DNA of 64,000 bases from assembly GCA_965207075.1 (NCBI GenBank), contig CBDBLO010000002.1, positions 1,280,001 through 1,344,000 on the forward strand, in the 5' to 3' direction. The first letter of the stretch is position 1, and each line of letters begins with the position of its first letter. The notes beneath the pieces were generated by a model. The model saw only the letters and a program-made list of their open reading frames with translations, did no database searches and had not been told where the DNA came from. Shown here one piece after another: positions 1 through 9,329 of the stretch. A program made the position numbers and the translations under genes. The stretch is from Nitrosopumilus sp. (GTDB lineage: Archaea; Thermoproteota; Nitrososphaeria; Nitrososphaerales; Nitrosopumilaceae).

Positions 1-1653
1 ACGTTCGGGGACTCGGAGATTGGGGGCGGCACCCCAGTTACGGTAGAGCATACAAGCGTGAACCCCAACAAGGCCCTGCACATAGGACATGTCCGCAACA
101 TCATAATCGGGGACACTGTGTCCCGGATACTCAGAAAGTCGGGGCACGCGGTCAAGGTGCTCAACTATGTGGACGACTCGGGGCTACAGGTGGCCGACGT
201 GGTCGTGGGGTTCAGGCACCTCGGGTTCCCGATGGATCCGCCGCCTGGAAAGACGTTTGCACAGTACTGCGGCGAAGAGGTCTACGTGAAAACAACGCAG
301 AGATACGATTCGGACCCGTCCCTTGAGGGACTGAGACGCGATACCCTGAAGGAGATTGAGGGCGGCTCGACTGAGGCCGCCAAGCTTGCAGGCATGATAA
401 CGCGCCGCGTGCTTGCCGACCAGCTTCAGACGTGCTGGCGCCTCTCCGTATACTACGACTGCCTCAACTTTGAGTCGCACATAATACGGTCCGGCATGTG
501 GGATGCGGTATTTGGCAAGCTCAAGGACATGAACTTGGTGGATCTCGACCGTAGCGGGGGCAAGAACGACGGGTGCTGGGTGATACGGGACGCGCACGGG
601 GCCGGCGCTGGCCGGGGCGAGGGCGACGGCACCAGTGACGGCAGCGCGCGCGACGCCAAAAAGGAGAGCCCGCCTGAGGAGAACCGTGACAAGGTCATCG
701 TGAGAAGCAACGGGACTGCCACGTACATAGCAAAGGACATTCCGTACGCGGCGTGGAAGCTGGGACTGGTCGACGACCCGTTCGGATATGTAAGGTACGA
801 CGCCGAGCAGCCCGGGGGCACCACCCTGTGGCAGACTGCCCTTGGCCGATCGGATTGCGCGATGAACTTTGCCGGGGAGCGCGTAATTACGGTAATTGAC
901 TCGCGGCAGTCGGGGCTGCAGAGAATCGTCTCGGATCTGATGGGGCGCTTCAAGTCAAGCAGGTCCGCGTACGTGCATCTGGCCTACGAGTCAGTCACGC
1001 TGAGCTCTGGCACGGCAAGGACGCTCGGGATGGAGACGGACAAGCGGCAGGCCCACATGTCCGGCCGACTCGGGCTCTATGTGGACGCGGATTCCGTGTA
1101 CGAGGAGCTGCGCAAAAAGGCGGCGGCCGAGACGCTCAAGCGCCACCCTGACATGGACGATTCGGATGTCGCGCGCATATCCCGCGACATCTCTGTTGGG
1201 ACGATAAGGTATGAGATGATAAAGCAGGATCTGGACAAGATAATCACGTTTGACATGGAGCGATCGCTGAGTCTGGAGGGGGATACGGCATCCTACATAC
1301 AGTACGCGGGGGCAAGGGCGTCGAGGATCCTTGAGAAGGCGGGGCGGGAGCCTCCCGACAAAATTGACTTTGGTCTACTCGGGGGGGAGGATGCCGAGAT
1401 TGCGCTGATCAGGGCGATTGGCTCCTTTGAAATTGCAGTGGAGGACGCGGCAAGGAACCTCTCGCCCAAGGTCGTTGCAAGGTACTGCCACGACTTGGCC
1501 GTGTCGTTCAACGCGTTTTACGAGCGCAGCCGGGTGCTGGGGCTCGGTGATCCGGGCTTGGAGGACGCGCGCCTGTATCTGGTCCGCTCGTTCCGGCTCG
1601 CCGTCACGAGGGCTCTGGGCCTTGTGGGGATCTCGGCGCCGGACGTGATGTAG
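1..1653 (+). CDS. argS: Arginyl-tRNA synthetase (5'-truncated by window edge)
   Basis: EHTSVNPNKALHIGH (HIGH motif), RSNGTATYIAKDI, MSGRLG (KMSK-like), C-terminal anticodon-binding domain. Confidence 0.95.
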   Translation, partial: TFGDSEIGGGTPVTVEHTSVNPNKALHIGHVRNIIIGDTVSRILRKSGHAVKVLNYVDDSGLQVADVVVGFRHLGFPMDPPPGKTFAQYCGEEVYVKTTQRYDSDPSLEGLRRDTLKEIEGGSTEAAKLAGMITRRVLADQLQTCWRLSVYYDCLNFESHIIRSGMWDAVFGKLKDMNLVDLDRSGGKNDGCWVIRDAHGAGAGRGEGDGTSDGSARDAKKESPPEENRDKVIVRSNGTATYIAKDIPYAAWKLGLVDDPFGYVRYDAEQPGGTTLWQTALGRSDCAMNFAGERVITVIDSRQSGLQRIVSDLMGRFKSSRSAYVHLAYESVTLSSGTARTLGMETDKRQAHMSGRLGLYVDADSVYEELRKKAAAETLKRHPDMDDSDVARISRDISVGTIRYEMIKQDLDKIITFDMERSLSLEGDTASYIQYAGARASRILEKAGREPPDKIDFGLLGGEDAEIALIRAIGSFEIAVEDAARNLSPKVVARYCHDLAVSFNAFYERSRVLGLGDPGLEDARLYLVRSFRLAVTRALGLVGISAPDVM

Positions 1654-1695
1654 CGTGCGCGCGGCCGCACGCCCCCTGTTGCAACGCGCCTCCGC

Positions 1696-2211
1696 TCACC
1701 CGTATATCGACGACTCTGTGGGTCCGCCGCTTGGAGCCGCCGTCCCCTTTGCGAGGTTGCCCAGGTTGGCGCGGAGTATCTTCTGCATGTGTCCTGACAC
1801 CCTGGCCACGTTGTCCCACGCGTTGTGAAACGTCACCCTGTCAAGAACCTGCTCGTCGACGTGCGAGAATATCGCAAGCCCCACCACCTCGCCTCCGGCG
1901 TTAACCCACTGGTGTCCCACGCCGCAGGCGGTGCATATGCCGCTTATCTCGATTGCCGCCTTTGCAAACGCGGGATTGCTTGGCACCAGCAGCTTTGTGT
2001 CCTGCGGCGTGAACCTCATATTCACGTTGATGTGTATGCGGTCTTCCCTGTTCGCGTTCTTGCTTACTATGATGTTGTCGCCCACATAGAACTGCCAATC
2101 GATGGTCTGGGTCTTGGACCTGACGACCTGGGTCTGATCCTCGTACTTTACCTTTGTTATCTTGATGTATTCCTCCACCAGCTGCTTCATCTGTTCCGAG
2201 GTCTTTGGCAT
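1696..2211 (-). CDS. Hypothetical protein
   Basis: 171-aa ATG-started ORF with protein-like composition, downstream of 2250-2606 on the same strand. Confidence 0.7.
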   Translation of the reverse strand: MPKTSEQMKQLVEEYIKITKVKYEDQTQVVRSKTQTIDWQFYVGDNIIVSKNANREDRIHINVNMRFTPQDTKLLVPSNPAFAKAAIEISGICTACGVGHQWVNAGGEVVGLAIFSHVDEQVLDRVTFHNAWDNVARVSGHMQKILRANLGNLAKGTAAPSGGPTESSIYG

Positions 2212-2249
2212 CCTGCCGTCTCCCCCCTCATCGTCCCTCTGCCCGTACG

Positions 2250-2606
2250 TCAGGCCGACGGCACTGCAAGCCCGGCGTCGCCGCCCTTCTTTTCAAACAC
2301 CCTGTATTCGCCGATTACTGAGCCGCATCCCCCGCACTGGTACTGTCCCCTCTCGACGAGCAGGAGGTTCTCAGAGACCTGCTCGGGCCCCTCGCTGCCG
2401 CCCTCCGGGCTTATCTTGGGCGGCCCGTCAAACTCTTTCTTGCAGTCGTTGCACGCATGCCCTGACATCTTGGACTGCTCTATCTTTCCGATTGGCGCCA
2501 GGAACAGTTTGCCGACGCCCAAGTCCGCCGCCTTTGCCTGCTCCTCAGTCAGGTCCGCGACTATGCTGCCGCCGGAGCCAAACAACCTGAGTTCCGTCAT
2601 GGGCAT
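2250..2606 (-). CDS. Conserved thaumarchaeal Zn-ribbon protein
   Basis: CNDC...CGGC pairs; start chosen at MPMTEL. Confidence 0.7.
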   Translation of the reverse strand: MPMTELRLFGSGGSIVADLTEEQAKAADLGVGKLFLAPIGKIEQSKMSGHACNDCKKEFDGPPKISPEGGSEGPEQVSENLLLVERGQYQCGGCGSVIGEYRVFEKKGGDAGLAVPSA

Positions 2607-3053
2607 GCTACGGACGCCATTCAATTATACGTTATGGATCCTTTTTGGGTTTCGTTCAGACTGACCCGGCCTCTGACAGATTGGTGGCGGCCGGCGTGAC
2701 TACTGGAGGCCAGCTCCCGATGATGCCGCCTGCCCTGGCGCGGCAGGCGCCGTTCGCGGGCCCGGATGCTGCACCGCGCAAACCGGGCGCGGCATCTGGC
2801 TTCTGGACGCGCAGGATCCCGTTACGTGGAAAATGACTGCAGCCCTTCGGGCAGCATTATGAGGAACCCGGCGGGAGCGCCCGTCTGTCAATCCGGGCGG
2901 CCCTGATACCGCGTCCGCGCGCAGCTACGGCGCGCATGCGCGAACACTCGGCCTTGGGCCGGGACGATTAAGGTGGGCGGGAATACCAAAAGGGGGCGCA
3001 GCCGCGGAACCGCACCAGACAAAACTAATAACAGTTGGCCGTCTTGGCACGGC

Positions 3054-3863
3054 ATGATCGAGCACCTCTGGCTTATCCCGCTCGGGTTTGCATCGGGACT
3101 GCTTGGCTCTATGACCGGGCTAGGTGGCGGGATAATTACGGTACCGGTGATGGTGTTCCTCGGGTTCCCGCACACGCTGGCGGCAAGCAACAGCCTGCTT
3201 GCCACGTTCAGCAACGCGGTCGCCTCGACCATCTCATACTCCCGGCAGAAGCGCATCGAGTACGCTTTGGGCCTCAAGCTCGGGCTGCTGTCGCTTCCTG
3301 GCACGGTGGTGGGAGCATGGGTGACGTCAGACGTGGCGCACCACAACTTTCAGTTCCTGTTCGGGCTGGTGCTCGTCGTATCGGCCGCGTACCTGCTGCT
3401 AAAGCCGAGGCTTGCGGGGAGCGCGGGGGAGTCGGCGGCCGGCGGCAGCAAGAACCCGCTGTACTCGTTTCCGGGGCTGATGATCGTGTTTCTGGCCGGG
3501 GTGAGCTTTTTTGCCGGCATGACCTCGTCCTTTTTTGGCATAGGGGGAGGCATAATATTCGTCCCCCTGATGGTCGCGGGCCTCGGGATGTCGATAAAGA
3601 GGGCCGCCCCGACGTCGCAGATGATACTGCTGTTCGCGTCGCTCTCCGGAATCACGGTGCACGGGTTCCTTGGCAATCCCGATCTCCTGCAGGCCTCGTT
3701 CATGGCGATTGGCGCCTTTGCCGGGGGAATAACCGGGGCGCGGCTGTCGATAGAGGCAAAAGAGCGCAACCTCAGACTGCTGACGTTTGGCGTGATACTT
3801 GCGGCGTCTGCAAAGATGTTCTACGACTCGGTGACTTCAACCGTGGATCCGGACCTGTCATGA
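3054..3863 (+). CDS. TauE/SafE (TSUP) family membrane exporter
   Basis: Two GxGGG-containing hydrophobic repeats (GLGGGIITVP; GIGGGIIFVP); start reassigned to ATG 3054. Confidence 0.85.
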   Translation: MIEHLWLIPLGFASGLLGSMTGLGGGIITVPVMVFLGFPHTLAASNSLLATFSNAVASTISYSRQKRIEYALGLKLGLLSLPGTVVGAWVTSDVAHHNFQFLFGLVLVVSAAYLLLKPRLAGSAGESAAGGSKNPLYSFPGLMIVFLAGVSFFAGMTSSFFGIGGGIIFVPLMVAGLGMSIKRAAPTSQMILLFASLSGITVHGFLGNPDLLQASFMAIGAFAGGITGARLSIEAKERNLRLLTFGVILAASAKMFYDSVTSTVDPDLS

Positions 3864-4319
3864 CTTCTTGGCCGGCGGGTTCTTCCTCACCCTGTAGATG
3901 TTGCGCCTCGAGAGCAGCACGAGCTTTCCATCCTCGCCTGCTGCCTCGTAGTCCACTGAGATCCTGCCATACTCGCCGCTTACGTCCTCCACGCCCGATA
4001 TGACATAGGTCACCCTCAGCGTGTCCCCCGTATAGACCGGGGCGAGAAACCTCGTGCCGCGGCCGTCCCAGTCAGGATCACCGTCGTAGCCGGACAGTAT
4101 GATGTGGTTGCCGTATATCTCCTCGAGCCTTGAGAACTCGCCCTCGATCCTGGAGAGGAGCGCCCTGCCGGGTATGAGGCGCCCGGCGGCTCCGCCACCC
4201 TCCTCCAAAAACGCGTTCTTTACGCGTGCAAACTCCATGTACTTGTCAAGCTCTTTCTCGGCGATGGTAAACTCGGACTGCAGCCTGTCGCCCGTGCTAA
4301 ACTCGACGAACCTCTTCAT
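3858..4319 (-). CDS. MaoC-like hotdog-fold dehydratase
   Basis: RFLAPVYTGDTL motif typical of MaoC/hotdog fold. Confidence 0.7.
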   Translation of the reverse strand: MKRFVEFSTGDRLQSEFTIAEKELDKYMEFARVKNAFLEEGGGAAGRLIPGRALLSRIEGEFSRLEEIYGNHIILSGYDGDPDWDGRGTRFLAPVYTGDTLRVTYVISGVEDVSGEYGRISVDYEAAGEDGKLVLLSRRNIYRVRKNPPAKKS

Positions 4320-4364
4320 TTTCTATCCGCGACTGGTGGTGGCGGCAGTGAGTTGCATGTCCGG

Positions 4365-6194
4365 TCAGCGCGCCTCGTCTGTGCAGAATATGACCGTGGA
4401 CAGGGATGCTGCCGGCGAGCCCCCTTCTGCCGCCCTGCTGCCGTCGGCGGCGGGCGTGATAACCGTATCAAACACGTCTGCAACCCTCTGCGGGTCGGAC
4501 TCCGCTCCCGTCACGGAGCCTGGCAGGGCCGCGAACACCCTGATCCTGGATCCCAACACGTCGCTGAGCTCCTGGTTGACCGTGGTGACGAACGGCCGGA
4601 GCGCCCCCCTGAACACCTCTGCCTGAGCCCTCTGTATGCCCGTGGTCTTTTTTCCGGATGGCAGCCGGGGCCCCACAATCATGATCGTGCCGTCAGTATC
4701 CTTGAACCGCCTGGGGTCCTCCCCGCCCCCGGGCACGAACGCGCCCAGCACGGCCTGCGCCGATACGGCGGGCCTGATGACAAACTTTGAGACGAGCCCG
4801 TCCCACTCCTTGCGCGTAATCTTGGTCAGCTTCTCTACTGCCGGGACGCTGCCCGTGTAGTGTACGGCCCCCAGTATCTTCCCCCTCTTCTGCTGGGCTG
4901 TCCCGAGCCACCTGGAGACCTCCTCGGGGTCGGCCAGGTTTATCACGTGCGAGTGCATCTTCTTGGCGATGCGCTCCGCGGCCTCGGCGGGCGCCGCGTC
5001 TGACACGAAGCACACCACGTCCCCCCCGCAGTCGTCCTGTATGTGGGACGCCATGTGCTCTATGTGCCGCACGTCTTCCACGTCCGTGGGATCGGCCGTG
5101 ATTACAATTATGCCTTTTCCGCCTGACAGGTCGGGCCTCGCCTTTGGCGCGGGGAGCGCGCCTGCAACGTGCGGCTTTACCGGGTAAAAGACCCTGTCGC
5201 CTGGCACGACCTTGCCGTCAAGTATTGCCGACATCTCGTCGCCGCACAGGTTCAGCACCGACTCTGCGACCTGGTCCTGCGATAGAAACTCTTGGTTTGC
5301 GATCATCCGCGACGTGTTCTTCTGCACCTTCTCGGCGATGTACTGTATCTTCTCTAGCAGGCCCGTGAGGACCTTGGAGGCCTCTTCCTCTGACACCCCC
5401 TTTTCGTGCGACATCGCCCTTGCGGCCGACGCAACCCCGTCCGACACCGTCTTCTCGTCCTCGCCCAGCAGCGGCAACAGCCTTTCGGACGCGTACCTCT
5501 CCACCTCCGCGGGGCTCATGGACTCGTACCCGCTCACCCTCATGAACTCGGCCGCCGCCTTTGGGTATACGGTCTTGTATATCCTGTCAGAGTGGACGGG
5601 CCCCGGGTTTGTCGCGATGGACGCGATGCCGGTCCCGGCAAGCTCCCATGACATCATTTCAGCAAGCCTGTTCTTCGCGCCCTGGGACGCGGTGTACGGG
5701 CTTCTGAACCTGTAGGGCCGCTGCTCGAGCGGCCTCTCCTCCGTAAAAAAGGTCGATATCGTAATTATCTTGCCGCCCCGCCCCATCACCCTGAGGGCCT
5801 GGACTGAGCCCCAGAACGTCCCTGTCAGGTGTATGTTCACGGTGCTCTCAAAGTCTTTCATCGACGCGTTGGCAAAGCAGGTGACCGGCCCCGACACCCC
5901 CGCGTTGTTTATCATGTAGTCCACCGTCGTGCCGTCTGCCGCCAGCCTGTCAAACATGGAGCTGACGCCCGCCTCGTCGGCCACGTCCACCCCGGGAAAT
6001 ATCGTAACCTTGGCGTCCCCGTGGCCCTGCTGCCGCGCGATGTCCCTTAGTTCTGACGCCGCGGACTCCAGCGGCTCCTTTCGCCTTCCCAGTATGATCA
6101 CGTTTGCCCCGTGCCCTGCAAACTTTTTTGCTATTGCAAGGCCTATCCCGGTGCCACTGCCTGTGATCAGGGCGGTCTTGCCTGCAAAACCCAT
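4365..6194 (-). CDS. Long two-domain SDR oxidoreductase, malonyl-CoA reductase-like
   Basis: TGSGTGIG, NNAG, YTASQ, PGPV motifs followed by a second degenerate Rossmann-like domain. Confidence 0.8.
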   Translation of the reverse strand: MGFAGKTALITGSGTGIGLAIAKKFAGHGANVIILGRRKEPLESAASELRDIARQQGHGDAKVTIFPGVDVADEAGVSSMFDRLAADGTTVDYMINNAGVSGPVTCFANASMKDFESTVNIHLTGTFWGSVQALRVMGRGGKIITISTFFTEERPLEQRPYRFRSPYTASQGAKNRLAEMMSWELAGTGIASIATNPGPVHSDRIYKTVYPKAAAEFMRVSGYESMSPAEVERYASERLLPLLGEDEKTVSDGVASAARAMSHEKGVSEEEASKVLTGLLEKIQYIAEKVQKNTSRMIANQEFLSQDQVAESVLNLCGDEMSAILDGKVVPGDRVFYPVKPHVAGALPAPKARPDLSGGKGIIVITADPTDVEDVRHIEHMASHIQDDCGGDVVCFVSDAAPAEAAERIAKKMHSHVINLADPEEVSRWLGTAQQKRGKILGAVHYTGSVPAVEKLTKITRKEWDGLVSKFVIRPAVSAQAVLGAFVPGGGEDPRRFKDTDGTIMIVGPRLPSGKKTTGIQRAQAEVFRGALRPFVTTVNQELSDVLGSRIRVFAALPGSVTGAESDPQRVADVFDTVITPAADGSRAAEGGSPAASLSTVIFCTDEAR

Positions 6195-6241
6195 GGCTGT
6201 TCGGTTTTGCCTTGATATTTATTTTGATTGATTGGCGGTAC

Positions 6242-6620
6242 TGAAGAGTCTGGGAATCATGTCGCCCCGACGCATAAGAGGGCCTACATGGAGAGGGGGG
6301 GGGGGGCCGCAATGACACTTCAGACCAGGTGTGACGAACAGGCTCTCATGCGAGAGCAAAGGGAGGGGGCCGAGCGCATACCCAAGACCGCCGGCGCGCG
6401 AGGGGCATGCCAAGAAGAGGCAGCGCAGGCACGGGAGGTACGGGCGGAGGCACAGCAACACACTCTGGCACGCGTACTATGCGCAGCTGGAGGACGGGAG
6501 ATGGATGATCGTATACGTGGACGTATAATCCCGGTACATCGTGGGATACGGCGTGCTTGACCACGCCACGTCCGAGGACGCCGCCGCGGTCTTCAGGCGG
6601 GCCTGCCTCGAGCACGGGAC
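6242..6620 (+). pseudogene. Internally deleted, degraded IS481-family remnant (same family as 34665-36001 and 56465-57801)
   Basis: Begins TGAAGAGTCTGGGAATCATGTCGCCCC like the left TIR of the intact copies; aligns to 56465-56610 then jumps to about 56966-57193; frameshift and stop. Confidence 0.9.
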
Positions 6621-6824
6621 TCGCCGCCGCGACTGAACCGCCATCGGTGACATTCTGCTGTTGTCGACGCTTTGATCCCGTCTTTGTTGTTACCGCCCGG
6701 GGCCCCTGTCATGCGCATTCGGCCAGGATGCATGGCATGCAAACTCGCGGGCAGGGCCGCAGGCGCGCGCCCCGCCACCCACCAGACGACCTCCCGCCAG
6801 CTATTGCCGCACGAGGATCCGCCA

Positions 6825-7160
6825 TCATGGCGACGAACCGAGCGCGCCGTCGATCATGCCCTTGTAGGTCGCCTTTGGCGCCGAGCCGACGTGCTGTGCT
6901 GCGACGCTGCCCTTGCTGACGAGGAGGAGCGTGGGGGTGCTGTACACCTCATGCCGTGACGCCAGCTCGCCGCCCTTGTCTATGTCTACCTCGACGAACT
7001 TGATCCTTCCGCCATAATCCTCGGAGAGCTCTTCCACTGCTTGCTTTATCTTGCGGCAGTGTCCGCACCACCCTGCGTAAAACTTTACGAACACGGGGAT
7101 GTCCGACTGCAGCACTTCAGATTCCCACGCGCCTGTGTCGTTGATTGGCATGACACCCAT
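6825..7160 (-). CDS. trxA: Thioredoxin
   Basis: FYAGWCGHC active site, TPT cis-Pro motif. Confidence 0.85.
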   Translation of the reverse strand: MGVMPINDTGAWESEVLQSDIPVFVKFYAGWCGHCRKIKQAVEELSEDYGGRIKFVEVDIDKGGELASRHEVYSTPTLLLVSKGSVAAQHVGSAPKATYKGMIDGALGSSP

Positions 7161-7248
7161 ACGCACCGCTGGGATCTAAATTGCTTAAAAAACCTTCGTT
7201 AAGCCGTCGGCTGCCAATATTTATTTGTGGGAGCGCGGCAGTTTCGTC

Positions 7249-7485
7249 ATGCACGACGACGAGCCCGACACGTTTGAGGCGATGACTTGGCCCGAAAAGT
7301 TTGCCGGCATGCTTGCAGGAATCGGCGTCGAGGCGGAGGCCTGCGGCGTGGGCACGACTCCTGCGGAGTCCGGCGATTACTACTCCAGGTATGCGGCAAG
7401 CACGCCGCGCATGGTGACAAACCGCGGGTGCGCCACGCTGAAGGGGTGCAACATAGACGCGGTGCACATCGTGCAAAAGGGGTGA
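7249..7485 (+). CDS. Small conserved hypothetical protein
   Basis: ATG 7249 preceded by AT-rich TATA-like segment at about 7217-7227. Confidence 0.6.
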   Translation: MHDDEPDTFEAMTWPEKFAGMLAGIGVEAEACGVGTTPAESGDYYSRYAASTPRMVTNRGCATLKGCNIDAVHIVQKG

Positions 7486-7567
7486 CTTCAATTAGTGGCA
7501 GTGACAGATGATGGCAGTGATGATTACCGCAACGGCGGCAGTGGCGAAGGGCGGGCGATGAGCTGAG

Positions 7568-7978
7568 ATGCAGGATCCAAACGTCGCGCCGTGGGGGGCG
7601 CTCGACAGGTACCAGGCCCACTTTCTGGTGCGCATTCCGGACTACAACGAGAGGGCGCACAAGGGCGCCGACGTCTTTGCAAGGACGAAACTTGAGACCC
7701 GCGGGCATTTTGCCGCAAAGAGGGTCGAGTCGGTCAGCTGGGAGGGGCCAAGCCATCCGCTGCTGGTGCGGCTCAACCGGGACGCGGAACTCAACGAGAT
7801 GATTGCGCGGCAGTCCGTATGGGACGCGGCCATATCCGTCGAGCAGACCGGCGAGAACGTACGGATACACGGGAGGTGGAGAGACGGGGCCGCGTTTGGC
7901 GTCAGCCGCGACCTGTTTGAGATTTACGACCGCATAGCCGGGCACGTCAGGGAGTCATGCCTTCCACCAGTCAAGTGA
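7568..7978 (+). CDS. Hypothetical protein
   Basis: 136-aa ORF with globular composition. Confidence 0.65.
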   Translation: MQDPNVAPWGALDRYQAHFLVRIPDYNERAHKGADVFARTKLETRGHFAAKRVESVSWEGPSHPLLVRLNRDAELNEMIARQSVWDAAISVEQTGENVRIHGRWRDGAAFGVSRDLFEIYDRIAGHVRESCLPPVK

Positions 7979-8509
7979 CACAAAGTCCACGTTCTTGCTG
8001 CTCCTCGGTATTGCCAGTATGAACTGCTTTCTGACTGTCGATGCGAGCCGGCCTGCCAGCACCACCCCCGTGGACGTTACGGGATCCGCCCTGCTGTATA
8101 CGTGCACCATGTACGGCGCGTGGTCGATGCCGGGCCCGTTCTCGTACACCGCAAAGTCGCACCCGAACTTTATGCCGGAGCTGACGACATACCCGAGATC
8201 CCTGAACTTTTTGTATACGATGTACTTTTTGTCAAACTCGTGGTACTGGCCGCGGCACATCTGGGCCATCTGCTGCGCCGACACGCGGCGCCGCGACATC
8301 GTCACCCTGATTACATTGCCCTCGAGCAGGTAGAGGCTCTCTATGAGGTCCAGCACGAGCGGCACGTCTATCTCCTCTATCCTCGGCTTTGGCATGCCCA
8401 CGGGCTTGCCGTAATACCCCATGGAGAACACCGTCTTGGCGTCGTCCCTGTCCCACACCATCACGCGGTTCTCTACAAGCTCGCAGGGTATGGCCCTTCC
8501 CTTTGCCAT
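7955..8509 (-). CDS. endA: tRNA-intron endonuclease (catalytic subunit)
   Basis: GYVVSSGIKFGCDFAVYENGPGIDHAPY and RLASTVRK motifs; start approximate. Confidence 0.9.
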   Translation of the reverse strand: MAKGRAIPCELVENRVMVWDRDDAKTVFSMGYYGKPVGMPKPRIEEIDVPLVLDLIESLYLLEGNVIRVTMSRRRVSAQQMAQMCRGQYHEFDKKYIVYKKFRDLGYVVSSGIKFGCDFAVYENGPGIDHAPYMVHVYSRADPVTSTGVVLAGRLASTVRKQFILAIPRSSKNVDFVSLDWWKA

Positions 8510-8611
8510 GCGTGGCGTGCGCGCAGCCTGCGTATATGGGTTGCACTCCTCCCGCTCCAGATGTGGCATAGTCCCGCCGCCACGCCCTGTCGCAAAACGC
8601 ACGAGCGGGTC

Positions 8612-9265
8612 TCAGAGGCTGAGGGCAAGCAGTATGAACGAGTCTGAGACCCTCTGGCACTTGTCGGCCATCTCCTCTATCCCCTCTATCACGTCCTTCA
8701 TCAGCATCATCTCCTTCGTGTTGGTTATCTCCGTCAGCAGCTTCATCGTGGCCTGCCTGTACTTTATGTCGATCTCCCTCTCTATGGTCTGGGTCTCCTG
8801 CGCGAGCTCTATCGCGTTTGCCGTGTTCGTAGTCAGGCTCCGTATTATCTCGTTGAGCTTGTACACCTCGTCGACCACCAGGTCGATCAGATCCGTGATG
8901 TCCTTGTCGATCTTCGCGCTTCGCAGGGTGGTGGGCTTTACGTTTGAGAGCTTGAACGATATGCCCGTGATGTATCCAGCAATCTCGTCCATCGTATACG
9001 CGGTGTTGAGCAGGTTCTCCCTGTTCATTATCAGGCCCCCGACGTCGGCGACCTCCCTTGTTATCTTCCGGCGCAGGTTCTCCACGTCCTCCTCAATGGA
9101 CGATATCTGCTCCAGCGCGGACTTGATTCCCTGCTTGTCCCTCTTCATCATCAGGTCCGGCAGGGTGGCAAGTTCTCTTGACGCGTTGAGTATGCGGTTA
9201 ATCTCGTCTTGAAGCACGGCAATCGCCTTGCGCTTTGCCTGTACCTCCAACTCGCCACTATACAT
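8612..9265 (-). CDS. DUF47 / PhoU-like phosphate transport regulator
   Basis: All-helical duplicated fold, IEREID and EEMADKC motifs. Confidence 0.8.
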   Translation of the reverse strand: MYSGELEVQAKRKAIAVLQDEINRILNASRELATLPDLMMKRDKQGIKSALEQISSIEEDVENLRRKITREVADVGGLIMNRENLLNTAYTMDEIAGYITGISFKLSNVKPTTLRSAKIDKDITDLIDLVVDEVYKLNEIIRSLTTNTANAIELAQETQTIEREIDIKYRQATMKLLTEITNTKEMMLMKDVIEGIEEMADKCQRVSDSFILLALSL

Positions 9266-9329
9266 AACAGAGAGTAAATGGCGATTCTGTAATTTAAGTT
9301 GTGTATGGTTGCGGCCGCAGCCCCTCCCG

